Part shown: positions 29,101-37,553 of the stretch, in pieces
How positions within the stretch are numbered: the first letter of the stretch is position 1
How the letters are laid out: each line of letters opens with the position of its first letter
NCBI GenBank assembly: GCA_964291295.2
Contig: OZ219754.1
Coordinates: forward strand, 2,880,001 to 2,944,000
Length of the DNA stretch: 64,000 bases
Direction of reading: 5' to 3'
From: an uncultured Candidatus Binatia bacterium
GTDB taxonomy: Bacteria; Desulfobacterota; Binatia; UBA9968; JAJDTQ01
Program-made: the position numbers and the translations under genes
Notes under the pieces: model-generated
What the model saw: the letters and a program-made list of their open reading frames with translations, nothing else
What the model was told of the DNA's origin: nothing
The model's database searches: none

Positions 29101-31959
29101 CACCGTGTAGCTGACGGAGGAGCCGGCCACCACCGTCACCGGCGCCCCGGTGAACGTGAGCGCGTCCAGGGCGTCGTTCTTGAAGGTGACCGTGCGTATG
29201 TTCGACCAAGGGCCATACACACGGTTGCCGCCCGAGTTGGTGGCCGTCGCCCGAATCCGAACCTCTACCGATGCGCCGTCCGGATAGGTGTTGCCCGGGT
29301 TGGCTCTGCTGTTGCGTCTGCTGGGACTGGAGGCGCCGCTCGGGCTTCCGCCCTCTGCCCAGTTGCTGGACCCCTTTAGCCGGTGACCTATTCGCCACGC
29401 ATAGAACGTGACCGCGTTTGCGACTTGGTCGCCGAGACTCGTACTGGTATGGGTCCAGGTCACATCGATCCGCCCACTCGTCGTCGAGGTGGCGGCCGTC
29501 AGCACCGGGGCCACCGGCGCCGCCGGCGTCGCCGTCACCTCGTCCGACGCCGCACCGTTGCCGTTGCCGTTCACCGCGCGGATCCTGAACGTGTAGATCG
29601 TGCTGTTCGTCAGGCCCGTGATCCGGTGCTGCACCGTCGTCGCGCCGGAACCCGCGATCCGTGTCCATGAACCGTAGCTCCCGTTCCCCGCCTTCTGCCG
29701 GTACTCCCAACGGGTAATGCTGGCGTCGTTCGGGTTGGTCCATGACAGCACAACCTGCGTGTCGCCCTTCGTCGCGCCAAAGCCCGCCGGCTTGGCGGGC
29801 GCCGCGCCGGCAGGAGGCTCCGCCGGCGTCCCGCTCACCACCGCCGACGCGACGCTGTTGCCGGCGTCGCTCTTCGCCCGGATGCGGAAGCGGTATTGGC
29901 TGTCGTTATCCAGCCCCGTCACCGTGTGGTTCGTGGTGTCCGCGTCCGAACCGGAAATGTCGGTCCAGCTGCCCCAGGCGGCGCTGCCCTTCCTCTGCTG
30001 CACCTGATACCCCGAGATCGAATCGTCGTCCGGATCGGTCCACGACAGCGTCACCTGCGCGTTGCCCGCCGTCGCCGACAGGCCCGTCGGTGCGGCGGGT
30101 TGGGCGGCCTCATCGTCGTCGGTGATGGTCAGCGTGAGCTTGCCGCTGGTCCAGCCGTCCTCGTAGCCGATGAGGTTTACCGTCTCGTCCGGTTCGTCCC
30201 GGGTATCGCCGAGGATGCGAACGGTCATCGTGCCCTGGGTCTGGCCTTCGGCGATGGAAACAATGACGCCGTTCGGGAAGCACATATCCGTGTCTACCGG
30301 GAGCAGGGGCGGATCGCAGGGGTCACGCCCCTTGCCGGAGCCCGCGGCGGTGCCGGGGTCCACGTCGTAACCCGACGTAAGCGAGAAGTTCGCGGGCGCC
30401 GGCTCGCTGAGGGTGAAGGTGATGGTGACGTCCGTCGAACCGGAGTCGCCCTCGGTGATCGTGGCCGACGGGGACGCCGACAGCGTGATCGTCTTCGGGC
30501 CGGAGTCCCTGACCGCCACGGTGATCGTGGTGGAGGTCGTGGCGGCCACGGCAGTGCCGTCGCGGCCCTTCCAGCTCCAGGTGACGGTGTGCGTGCCCAC
30601 GCCCAGCGTTGCGCAGGGAAACAGGCCGACGCCGAGGCCGGTCGCAATGCCGGCAGGAGCCTGCGTGATCTCGACGCGGTTATTCCCCTGGAGGTTCGCA
30701 AGCCGGTTAATGTACGAGTTTCCCCCGGTGCGTTGTTGTAGCCAGACGAGATTATCATTTCCCCTGACCTGCTTGACCGACAGCAGGTTGAAGCACACAT
30801 CCGTCGTCGCATCGGCCGACCCGACCGTGACGGTTTTGTCCGGATCGGAGGTCAGCGTCGGGGTCGCCGCCCTGGGCGTGGCCTCGATCCAGCCCTGGTT
30901 GTTGAAGACGCTCGAGGCGATCTCGGTCCGCCCGCCCGGACCCACCAGCCGAACCCGGAAGACGCCAGTCTCGCCGTTGGTTGCGCTGTAGCCGTATTCT
31001 CTGAGGGCGACGCCGCCGGGTAAATCAAGCCACCGGCCCTCTCCATTTCGGTCCGAGAGCCGGATCCACTCGAGCTGCCAGCTCACCGCGCCGTCAGTCG
31101 GGCCGTCGTACACCCACTCGAAACCGAACCATTCATCGTTTCCGGCCACCGTGAGGGCGACAGTGCTGACGAAGACGGTGACCTGGTTGGATTCCGTCCC
31201 CGCCGCGCCATCGCTTCTGGCCGTTCTTACCTGAAAGGTGTAGCTGCCGGGGCTCAAGCCCGTGATCGTGTGGGTGTTGGTGGCCCCCGTGCTGCCCGGA
31301 ATCCGGCTGTAATTGCCTGTGGCCTGCGAACCCGCCGTGTAGCGGACATCCCACTGGTTCACGACGGCGGGCAGATTGGCCCCTGTCCAGGAAAGGGTGA
31401 CGCCGTTGCCTATCCGCGCGACGGTGAGGGTGACGGAGGGCACGGGCGTCGGCGTTGCCGACGCCTCGTTGGACGGGTTGGCGTAATTTGTTATGGTACG
31501 CCTAACGCCAGTGAGATATGCCCCGGTGACCTGAAAGGTGTAGGCGACGCCGGCGGTCAGACCACCAATGGTGTGTCTGCGGATGCCCTCCCCGCCGGGG
31601 ATATTCTGCCAACCGCCGTACTCGCCCGCGCCTTCCTTCTGCCGGTATCGCCACTGCGTGGTGAAGCCAAGGGAGCTCATGGTCCAGGATAACGTCACCT
31701 GCCCGGGTCCAGGCGCGGCTGTGAGCGCCGGCGTCTGATCCTGCGCCCGCGCGATCTGCGGTGCGAGGGCGGCGGCACCCAGCACAATGAGAAAGAGGGT
31801 AAGAAACCCCGCCCTCAGGCGGCGGGCAGCTCTTCCGGACGCACTCACTGGATCAGCCCCGCGCCCGGAGAGAGTGTGTGTGTTGGGGGGGGGGGGGGGC
31901 GCACGAGACGCGAGCGCCTCGCGCGGACAGCCGCGGCAGGCCACGCGCCGCAGGATCAT
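26173..31959 (-). CDS. Large autotransporter adhesin with about 7 fibronectin type III repeats, Calx-beta/Ig-like repeats and C-terminal beta-barrel
   Basis: Signal peptide (GFLTLFLIVLGAAALAPQIARA/Q); repeated VTLSW...W.YR.K...W..I.GS...Y.F.VRA units; terminal LRW; start uncertain (31848, 31959 or frameshifted 31987). Confidence 0.88.
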   Translation of the reverse strand: MILRRVACRGCPREALASRAPPPPPNTHTLSGRGADPVSASGRAARRLRAGFLTLFLIVLGAAALAPQIARAQDQTPALTAAPGPGQVTLSWTMSSLGFTTQWRYRQKEGAGEYGGWQNIPGGEGIRRHTIGGLTAGVAYTFQVTGAYLTGVRRTITNYANPSNEASATPTPVPSVTLTVARIGNGVTLSWTGANLPAVVNQWDVRYTAGSQATGNYSRIPGSTGATNTHTITGLSPGSYTFQVRTARSDGAAGTESNQVTVFVSTVALTVAGNDEWFGFEWVYDGPTDGAVSWQLEWIRLSDRNGEGRWLDLPGGVALREYGYSATNGETGVFRVRLVGPGGRTEIASSVFNNQGWIEATPRAATPTLTSDPDKTVTVGSADATTDVCFNLLSVKQVRGNDNLVWLQQRTGGNSYINRLANLQGNNRVEITQAPAGIATGLGVGLFPCATLGVGTHTVTWSWKGRDGTAVAATTSTTITVAVRDSGPKTITLSASPSATITEGDSGSTDVTITFTLSEPAPANFSLTSGYDVDPGTAAGSGKGRDPCDPPLLPVDTDMCFPNGVIVSIAEGQTQGTMTVRILGDTRDEPDETVNLIGYEDGWTSGKLTLTITDDDEAAQPAAPTGLSATAGNAQVTLSWTDPDDDSISGYQVQQRKGSAAWGSWTDISGSDADTTNHTVTGLDNDSQYRFRIRAKSDAGNSVASAVVSGTPAEPPAGAAPAKPAGFGATKGDTQVVLSWTNPNDASITRWEYRQKAGNGSYGSWTRIAGSGATTVQHRITGLTNSTIYTFRIRAVNGNGNGAASDEVTATPAAPVAPVLTAATSTTSGRIDVTWTHTSTSLGDQVANAVTFYAWRIGHRLKGSSNWAEGGSPSGASSPSRRNSRANPGNTYPDGASVEVRIRATATNSGGNRVYGPWSNIRTVTFKNDALDALTFTGAPVTVVAGSSVSYTVALTKEYAGTLSITSSATAKATVDPATLTFSASNYSTGQTVTVTGVEAGTATINHAFRLTGAAADAIPDAGTVGVTVAAAPGVTVSTAALTVAEGGSNTYTMRLNTAPSSDVTIMVDGASGDVTVANATLTFTTVNWNMAQTVTVNAGTDTDTATDDAVTLTHSASGGGYDSVSIASVVVSVTESGVVPAKPTGLAAAAGDGSVTLSWTDAGNPTITKWQYRRKAGSGAWDDWTDIGGSGAGTTSYKVSGLTNGTAYQFEVRAVNGAGNGAGPDAPVSATPTAAAPPSAPPAAGGSVRVTPTALTVEEGGSGSYTVVLGAEPTGPVTVTVGGASGEVTVVPRRLTFTASNWSEPQGVTVSAARDADTADDRATLTHGARGGGYDSVSIASVVVRVRDTTPVLSLETDPAAVSEGEDIRLVVTSDRVLTGSLVVSLTLAARDGGGFDGEDLPGGLGPRSLDAVFGATASRRGLVMIPTRVDGEAEGRESYRITLNAAPGYAVGVDAVAEGVLEEGSSSSANRVNRAILPHVAALALSQTLEAVTGRIEAVSDGGAGGTVRFGAAPGMVVDDEWVGPGGRGQGGPGLRELLDGASFALPLGASGAGGVAAPALWGVGEWRSLSGSERDLSWEGGLWSGYLGADVRVRPDLLAGAAVSYAKGKVDAVSRGGDGTKSRHESRVVSVNPYLAWLRADGTTLWASAGYGRGEVRITEAGAAARTADLSQWSGAAGGRGVLLEDPELIAGGTTRVAVKGEGSLVQLDTEAGDGLTELTVKASRLRLMLEGSWEHRVGGDATLTPALEVGVRHDDGDVGQGGGVEVGAGVTWRDPGARLTAELRARMLAVHERDREEWGVSALVRLDPGADGRGSYLSFGPTHGRTASGLGRLFDYGSAMDSGAGAGESRLEAEMGHGIGIAGPAPLALLTPYAGLSLAESGERTLRLGARYRLGSGVALGIEGTSRPWTNGEQGLMLRGALRW
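27925..28593. repeat. 30-bp exact internal repeat in adhesin (27925-27954 and 28564-28593)
   Basis: caccaccaccgaggcgatgctcaccgaatc twice, encoding DSVSIASVVV. Confidence 0.85.
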
Positions 31960-32047
31960 CCGTCGTCTTCGTGCTTGTCCTTGTCATGGTCTCGCTCTCC
32001 CGTCCCGAATCTTCCCCTGTCGCACCGGATCAGCCCCGCGCCCGGAG
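31850..32047. repeat. 21-bp exact direct repeat pair (31850-31870 and 32027-32047) flanking adhesin start region
   Basis: ggatcagccccgcgcccggag twice; extends to 25 bp with one mismatch (cact/cacc). Confidence 0.9.
31873..31899 (-). repeat. C15 homopolymer plus (AC)5 microsatellite at 5' end of adhesin (simple sequence repeat)
   Basis: G15 at 31885-31899 on plus strand, preceded by gtgtgtgtgt and gagaga. Confidence 0.9.
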
Positions 32048-32141
32048 TAAGGAAAGCTGAACAACTCCGAGTTCGCCGGAACTGAATCAACAGTATGCGA
32101 GCAGCCCCCCCTGTCACGCCATCGCCTTTTTCGGACCTTCT

Positions 32142-32600
32142 CTAGAGCTTGTCCAATTCGGCCAGCAGCTCCGAGTTGTCCGGGATACCGCCCTCGTAAA
32201 TCCTGGAGTAGCGCACGCTCCCCTGCTTGTCGATGATGAAGACGGCCCTCTTGGGAAATCCCTGGGGGCGCAGGCAGTCGTACTGCTCGCAGACCGCCCC
32301 ATGGGGAAAGAAGTCCGACAGCATCGGAAAGGTGATGCCGCCCATCTGCTCCGCGAACACCTTGTGTGCAAACACCGAATCCACACTCACGCTCAGAACC
32401 TGAGCGTCTTTGGCTTCGAAGCTGGCCTTGTCAGCCTCGAAGTTGCTCAATTCCTGCTTTCAGCCGCCGGTGAAGTCCAGCGGATAGAACGCCAACACGA
32501 CGTTCTTCCTGCCCGCATAATCGCTCAGGGACACCTTTTCGTCCCGGGACACCGGCAGGCTGAAGTCCGGGGCCTTTTCTCCCACTTCTGGCATTGCCAT
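32142..32600 (-). CDS. Selenocysteine-containing peroxiredoxin (AhpC/TSA, AhpE-like), Sec47
   Basis: AAGGAG RBS, ATG 32600; [15 protein letters not shown]...[16 protein letters not shown](32462-32460)-KQELSNF...[11 protein letters not shown]; TGA sits at the peroxidatic Cys of PxxxTxxC. Confidence 0.88.
32414..32442 (-). promoter_or_regulatory. Putative bacterial SECIS hairpin
   Basis: cttcgaggctg-acaaggc-cagcttcgaag (11-bp stem, one G-U) beginning 18 nt after the in-frame UGA. Confidence 0.7.
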
Positions 32601-32655
32601 CAAACGATCTCCTTTCCAGGTTTCAGATTTTCCAACGCGTCACGGGGTACAGTGC

Positions 32656-33219
32656 CTAACATACTTTTCCCGCCTCATAAAGGCGTTCGAAGTCCCGCAG
32701 CGCTTCCACCGTACTGGGAAAGGCGAGTTGGTCCCAAGGAATCAGCGCAAGCGGAAAGGCCTCCGCCTCGGTACTCTCGTCCCCGGCCGCGAGGGCTCCG
32801 CCCACCACCTCCGCCCGGTAGACGATGATCACGTTGGGCGACCTCGGATACGAATAGACCCCCAGGAGCGAACGCGCCACCACCTCCAGATTGCTCTCCT
32901 CCCGGGTTTCGCGGACCGCCGCCTCGGTAGTGCTCTCTCCCCGGTCCACGTAGCCGCCGGGAAAGACCCACTTCCCCATGGCCGGCTCGATGCCGCGGCG
33001 CACCAGCACCACGCCGCCCTCCAGCATGCAGATGGTGCCGGCCACCACCTTGGGGTCCTGGTAGAAGATGAAAGAACAGCACTCGCACACCAGCCGCCCG
33101 GGCTCATGGCTCTTGACCACCCGTTGCACCAGCAACCCGCCGCAACGGGGGCAGAAGCGGTAGCCGCCGCCCCCCGGCGCGTGGTGGTGCTGATGGTGGT
33201 GCTGATGGTGGGCTGCCAT
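32656..33219 (-). CDS. NUDIX hydrolase with N-terminal zinc ribbon and His-rich tail
   Basis: FCPRCG...CECC; Nudix box GGYVDRGESTTEAAVRETREES; N-terminus MAAHHQHHHQHHH. Confidence 0.9.
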   Translation of the reverse strand: MAAHHQHHHQHHHAPGGGGYRFCPRCGGLLVQRVVKSHEPGRLVCECCSFIFYQDPKVVAGTICMLEGGVVLVRRGIEPAMGKWVFPGGYVDRGESTTEAAVRETREESNLEVVARSLLGVYSYPRSPNVIIVYRAEVVGGALAAGDESTEAEAFPLALIPWDQLAFPSTVEALRDFERLYEAGKVC

Positions 33220-33971
33220 CAACCGCCCTGCTCCGCTGGGAGGTCCACCGTCCGTCTGAGCCGTGCCACCTCTCCCCGGGTCAAGGGGCGTATCTCACCC
33301 CGGCCCAGATGACCCAGGGCAATGGGGCCGAAGTGGCTTCTGACGAGCCGTTCCACAGTGTGGCCCACCGCTTCCACCATCCTGCGGACCTCCCGGTTCC
33401 GGCCTTCCCCCAGTTCGACCCGCAGCCACACCTTCTGCTTCAACCGCCGCAGGACCGCCACCTCCGCCGGCCGCGTCACCCCCTCCGGCAGCCTCACCCC
33501 CCGGCGCAGTCGATCCAGTTGCGCATCCGAGGGCATCCCGCTCAACTTGACCTCGTAGGTCTTGCGGACTCCGTAACGGGGATGGGTCAGGCGGTGGGCC
33601 ACGTCACCGTCGTTGGTCAGCAGCAACAGACCCGCCGTGGCGAAATCCAGCCGGCCCGCGGGAACGACACCCGGCGGATGATTCCCCGCGCGCAGGTAGT
33701 CGGCCACCGAGGGACGACCCTCCGTGTCCCGCATGGTGGTGATGACGCCGGTGGGCTTGTGGAACGCGAGATAGACCCGGGATGCCGCAGCCTGCACCAG
33801 CCGCCCGTTGACGCGAATGCTGTCCCGAGCGGCATCGGCGCGGCTCCCCAGTTCCTGGACGCGACGGCCGTTGACCGTCACGCGGCCCTGGACAATCCAG
33901 TGCTCCGCCTGGCGGCGCGAAGCCAGTCCGGCCTGGGCGATGATCCGTTGAAGGCGTTCGGTGTGCGTCAA
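33219..33971 (-). CDS. rluB: rRNA pseudouridine synthase, RluB-like
   Basis: S4 domain (ERLQRIIAQAGLASRR), GRLD, GLLLLTNDG, EGRNREVRRM; follows scpB. Confidence 0.88.
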   Translation of the reverse strand: MTHTERLQRIIAQAGLASRRQAEHWIVQGRVTVNGRRVQELGSRADAARDSIRVNGRLVQAAASRVYLAFHKPTGVITTMRDTEGRPSVADYLRAGNHPPGVVPAGRLDFATAGLLLLTNDGDVAHRLTHPRYGVRKTYEVKLSGMPSDAQLDRLRRGVRLPEGVTRPAEVAVLRRLKQKVWLRVELGEGRNREVRRMVEAVGHTVERLVRSHFGPIALGHLGRGEIRPLTRGEVARLRRTVDLPAEQGG

Positions 33972-34588
33972 TCCGGCTTCTCCTCGCGGTTGACGGTGTC
34001 GCCTCGTTCCGGACCGGCATCCGGACGAGCCTCGGCGTCGGACGGATCGGTCTCACTCGGCGCCTGGGTCATCGCTTCCATCTCCCGCAGCGTCGGCAGG
34101 CTTTCCAGATCCTTGAGGTCGAAGGCCTCGAGGAAGTCGCGGGTGGTGCCGTAGAGAAAGGGTTTGCCGGCCACGTCCTTGCGGGCCACGATCCGTATCA
34201 TGCGCCGCTCCAGCAGCGTGGAAACCACGCCGTCCACATTGACGCCACGGATTTCCTCGATCTCCGCCCGGGTCACGGGCTGGCGGTACGCGATGATGGC
34301 GAGGGTTTCCAGATTCGCCCGGCTCATGCGCGCGGGGCGCACCGCGGTAAGGCGGCGCACGAATTCCGCATGCTCGCGGGGCGTCCTCAACTGGTAGCCG
34401 TTGGCCACCTCCGCAAGGCGCAGGCCCCGTCCCGTGCGCTCGTACTCCTGCTGCAATGCGCGCAGGGCGTCGGTGACGTCCTTGCGTGGTATCTCGCCCA
34501 CCGCGCTCCTCAGACGTTCCGCCGACACCGGGCCGTCCGCCGCCAGCAGGAGACTCTCGAGGATCGGCTCAAGGCGTTCACGCTCCAT
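33968..34588 (-). CDS. scpB: SMC-Scp complex subunit ScpB
   Basis: LETLAIIAYRQPVTRAEIEEIRGV, GKPFLYGTT. Confidence 0.96.
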   Translation of the reverse strand: MERERLEPILESLLLAADGPVSAERLRSAVGEIPRKDVTDALRALQQEYERTGRGLRLAEVANGYQLRTPREHAEFVRRLTAVRPARMSRANLETLAIIAYRQPVTRAEIEEIRGVNVDGVVSTLLERRMIRIVARKDVAGKPFLYGTTRDFLEAFDLKDLESLPTLREMEAMTQAPSETDPSDAEARPDAGPERGDTVNREEKPD

Positions 34589-35351
34589 GGCGGCCCTCCG
34601 GCGAATCCACCATCATGGCCGCGTTGGCTTCGGACAGCGACAGCGTGGGCTCCATGACGATGGGACCCATGCGCTCCTCCTGAAATGCATGCACCGCGCG
34701 AATCCTGATGAGTTCCAGCAGCGCCAGGAACGTGACCACCACCTCCATTCTCGAGCGCGTCGCATCGAACAGGTCATGAAACCGCACGGACGACTTGCGG
34801 TGCAATTCGTCCAGGATGCGGGTCATGCGCTCCCGCACCGACACCGTCTCCTGCACCACCGTGTGCACGGACGGCCCCGGAACCCTCTCCAGCACCCGCT
34901 GCAAGGCCGACATCAGATCGAACACCGAAAGCTGCTCGAAACTCACATCCGTGGCCCGCTCGGGACGGTTGCGACGGACGAACACGTCCCGGTTCAGAAT
35001 CTCCCGCTCCTCCAGATCCCTGGCCGCGTTCTTGAAACGCTCGTACTCCAGCAGGCGGCGGACCAGCTCCTCCCGGGTGTCGCCGGCCTCCTCGCCATCC
35101 TCCTCCTCCTCGTCTTCTTCGTCGGGAGGCAGCAGCGTCCTTGACTTGATGTGCAGCAGGGTCGCGGCCATGACCAGATACTCGCCGGAAACGTCCAGGT
35201 TGAGGCCCTGCATCAACTCCAGGGTTTCGAGGTACTGTTCGGTGATGGTGGCGATGGGAATGTCGGCGATGCCGAGCTCGTTCTTCCTGATCAGATGGAG
35301 CAACAGGTCCAGCGGACCTTCGTAGATCTTCAGTTGAACGTGGAGTGCCAT
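34578..35351 (-). CDS. scpA: Segregation and condensation protein ScpA
   Basis: YEGPLDLLLHLI, YLVMAATLLHIKSR, VVTFLALLEL. Confidence 0.96.
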   Translation of the reverse strand: MALHVQLKIYEGPLDLLLHLIRKNELGIADIPIATITEQYLETLELMQGLNLDVSGEYLVMAATLLHIKSRTLLPPDEEDEEEEDGEEAGDTREELVRRLLEYERFKNAARDLEEREILNRDVFVRRNRPERATDVSFEQLSVFDLMSALQRVLERVPGPSVHTVVQETVSVRERMTRILDELHRKSSVRFHDLFDATRSRMEVVVTFLALLELIRIRAVHAFQEERMGPIVMEPTLSLSEANAAMMVDSPEGRHGA

Positions 35352-35362
35352 GCCGAAGGAGA

Positions 35363-36340
35363 CTACAGCGTCAACGCCGACCGCACCTCGCGCATGGTTG
35401 CCGCCGCCTGTTCGCCGGCCACCCGGTTGCCCTGGGCGAGGATGTCCCGTATCTCGTCCGGCCTGCGGTCGTAGTACGCCTTCCTTTCCCGGAACGGGGC
35501 AAGGTCGTCGACGACGTGCCGAATCATCACCTTCTTGCAGTCCAGGCAGCCGATGCCGGCGCTGCGGCATCCGTCGGACACCTCCCGGATCTCTTCCGGA
35601 GTGCAATAGATCTTGTGCAGGCTGAAGGCCGGACACTTCTCCGGCTCGCCCGGGTCGGTCCTCCGGGCGCGCGCCGGGTCCGTCACCATGCGACTCAGCT
35701 TGCGGTCGATGGTCTCCGGGGAATCCGACAACAGCACGGAGTTGCCGTAGCTCTTGCTCATCTTGCGTCCATCCACGCCCGGCAGCCGCCGGGTCTCCGT
35801 GAGCAGCGCCTCGGGTTCGGGGAACACCGGTCCGTAGAAGCCGTTGAAGCGCCGGACGATCTCCCGGGTCAACTCCACGTGGGGCACCTGGTCCACGCCC
35901 ACGGGAACCCGGTGGGCCTTGTACATGATGATGTCCGCCGCCTGCAGCACCGGATAGCCGAGAAAGCCGTAGGTGGAGAGATCGCGCTCCTTCAATTCGC
36001 GCAACTGCTCCTTGTAGGTCGGGTTCCGCTCCAGCCAGGAAACCGGCGTCAGCATGGACAGCAGCAGGTGAAGTTCGGCGTGCTCCTTGATGTCGGATTG
36101 CCGGAAGATCGTGCACCGCGCCGGGTCGAGGCCGACGCTGAGCCACTCCGCCACCATGGCGCCGGTGCCTTCCGAAATGCCGTCCGGAGACGGGTAGTCG
36201 GTGGTCAGGGCATGCCAGTCGGCGACGAAGAAGAAACAGCGGTAGTCCTGCTGCAGTGCGACCCAGTTGCGCAGCGCCCCGTGGAGGTGGCCCAAGTGAA
36301 GCAGCCCGGTGGGACGCGCCCCGCTTACGATGGTTTCCAT
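35363..36340 (-). CDS. trpS: Tryptophan--tRNA ligase
   Basis: SGARPTGLLHLGH, ADWHALT, YPVLQAADI, VPVGVDQ, KMSKS. Confidence 0.97.
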   Translation of the reverse strand: METIVSGARPTGLLHLGHLHGALRNWVALQQDYRCFFFVADWHALTTDYPSPDGISEGTGAMVAEWLSVGLDPARCTIFRQSDIKEHAELHLLLSMLTPVSWLERNPTYKEQLRELKERDLSTYGFLGYPVLQAADIIMYKAHRVPVGVDQVPHVELTREIVRRFNGFYGPVFPEPEALLTETRRLPGVDGRKMSKSYGNSVLLSDSPETIDRKLSRMVTDPARARRTDPGEPEKCPAFSLHKIYCTPEEIREVSDGCRSAGIGCLDCKKVMIRHVVDDLAPFRERKAYYDRRPDEIRDILAQGNRVAGEQAAATMREVRSALTL

Positions 36341-36635
36341 GGCATCGATCCTGTCGTCATCCGCCGAAACCGGCTTGGCACGGCGCGCCCCGCCGAAGGG
36401 CCCGTTGCTGAAAGCGTATGGCCGCATGGCCACCGGAAAGGATGGCCCTCGGAACCGGGAATGCCCCGATGGACCGTTGCCGCGGGAACACTTGAGGCAC
36501 GGAACTTTCTTAAGTGACGCACTCCGAAAACACAACACGACGCTCCCTGGTCCGCGCCCGCCCGGATTCCCGCGGGAACGGCGCGCGAACAGCGCTCCGG
36601 AGGGCTACGGACAGCGGGGCCGGGGTGCCGGCGTG

Positions 36636-37553
36636 TCAACGCCTGTCACCGGGCGTCTCCCGTGGATGGAACTGCCGGTGGACCTGCTTGACGCGGCTTC
36701 GGCTCACGTGCGTGTAGATCTGGGTGGTGGCGATGTCGGCATGCCCCAGCATCGACTGAACCGCGCGCAGGTCCGCCCCTCCCTCCAGCAGGTGGGTGGC
36801 GAAGGAATGGCGCAGGGTGTGCGGCGTGACACGGTGCGGCAATCCGGCCCGGCGGGCGTATCCGCGCAACAGCTTCCAGAATCCCTGGCGCGTGAGCGGC
36901 CCGCCGGAACGCGTGAGGAACACATGATCGCTGTAACCGCGGGTCAGGAAGCGCGGGCGCACCTCCCGCAGATACCGCTGCAGCCGGTCCCGCGCCCAAC
37001 GGCCGAAGGGAACCAGCCGGACCTTGGCTCCCTTGCCCCGGACCGTCAGATAGTTGCCCTCCAGATCCACCTGCTGCAGCTTGAGGGACACCAGTTCCGA
37101 GACCCGCAGTCCGCTGCCGTACAGCAACTCCAGCATCGCGCGGTCCCGGGCCCCCAGCGGTTTCGCCTCGTCGGGTTGATCCAGCAGTACGCGCATCTCC
37201 TCGCTGCCGAGGGTCTCGGGCAGGCGGCCCGTGGTGCCCCGGACCGAAAACTCGGGCACCGGATCGCTCGCGATCATCTCCTCCTTGAGCAGGAAGCGAT
37301 AGAACCGGCGCATGCTGCCCAACAGGCGCACGACGGACCGTTCGCTCAGCCGTTGCGCCCGGAGATGGGAGATGTAGGCGCGCAGGTCCGACGCGGCGGC
37401 CTCGCCCCAGGCGCGGACCTCCCGGGCGGAAAGGAACTCGGCCAGCCGGTTCAGGTCACGGCTGTAGGCCTCCAGGGTGTTGGCCCGCAAACCGCGTTCG
37501 ACAACCAGCGTCTCAAGGAAGAGGTCAACCGGCCGCGTCATCTCGTCCGTCAT
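36636..37553 (-). CDS. xerD: Site-specific tyrosine recombinase XerD
   Basis: RDRAMLELLYGSGLRVSEL, TRQGFW, PHTLRHSFATHLL, LGHADIATTQIYTHV. Confidence 0.93.
   Translation of the reverse strand: MTDEMTRPVDLFLETLVVERGLRANTLEAYSRDLNRLAEFLSAREVRAWGEAAASDLRAYISHLRAQRLSERSVVRLLGSMRRFYRFLLKEEMIASDPVPEFSVRGTTGRLPETLGSEEMRVLLDQPDEAKPLGARDRAMLELLYGSGLRVSELVSLKLQQVDLEGNYLTVRGKGAKVRLVPFGRWARDRLQRYLREVRPRFLTRGYSDHVFLTRSGGPLTRQGFWKLLRGYARRAGLPHRVTPHTLRHSFATHLLEGGADLRAVQSMLGHADIATTQIYTHVSRSRVKQVHRQFHPRETPGDRR

Noticed and set aside
25804-29379. 1191-aa Arg/His/Pro-rich plus-strand ORF
   Set aside because: Antisense shadow of the adhesin caused by its codon skew
31850-32047. Direct repeat ggatcagccccgcg resembles half of a type I-E CRISPR repeat
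   Set aside because: Only two copies, 156-bp spacing, no internal palindrome and no cas genes
36341-36635. T-box riboswitch or sigma54 promoter upstream of trpS
   Set aside because: No T-box antiterminator consensus found; the GGCACG-N4-TTTCT match is imperfect and on the wrong strand
36636-37553. Phage or island integrase
   Set aside because: XerD signature motifs and housekeeping context (glnD, trpS); no att sites or cargo seen
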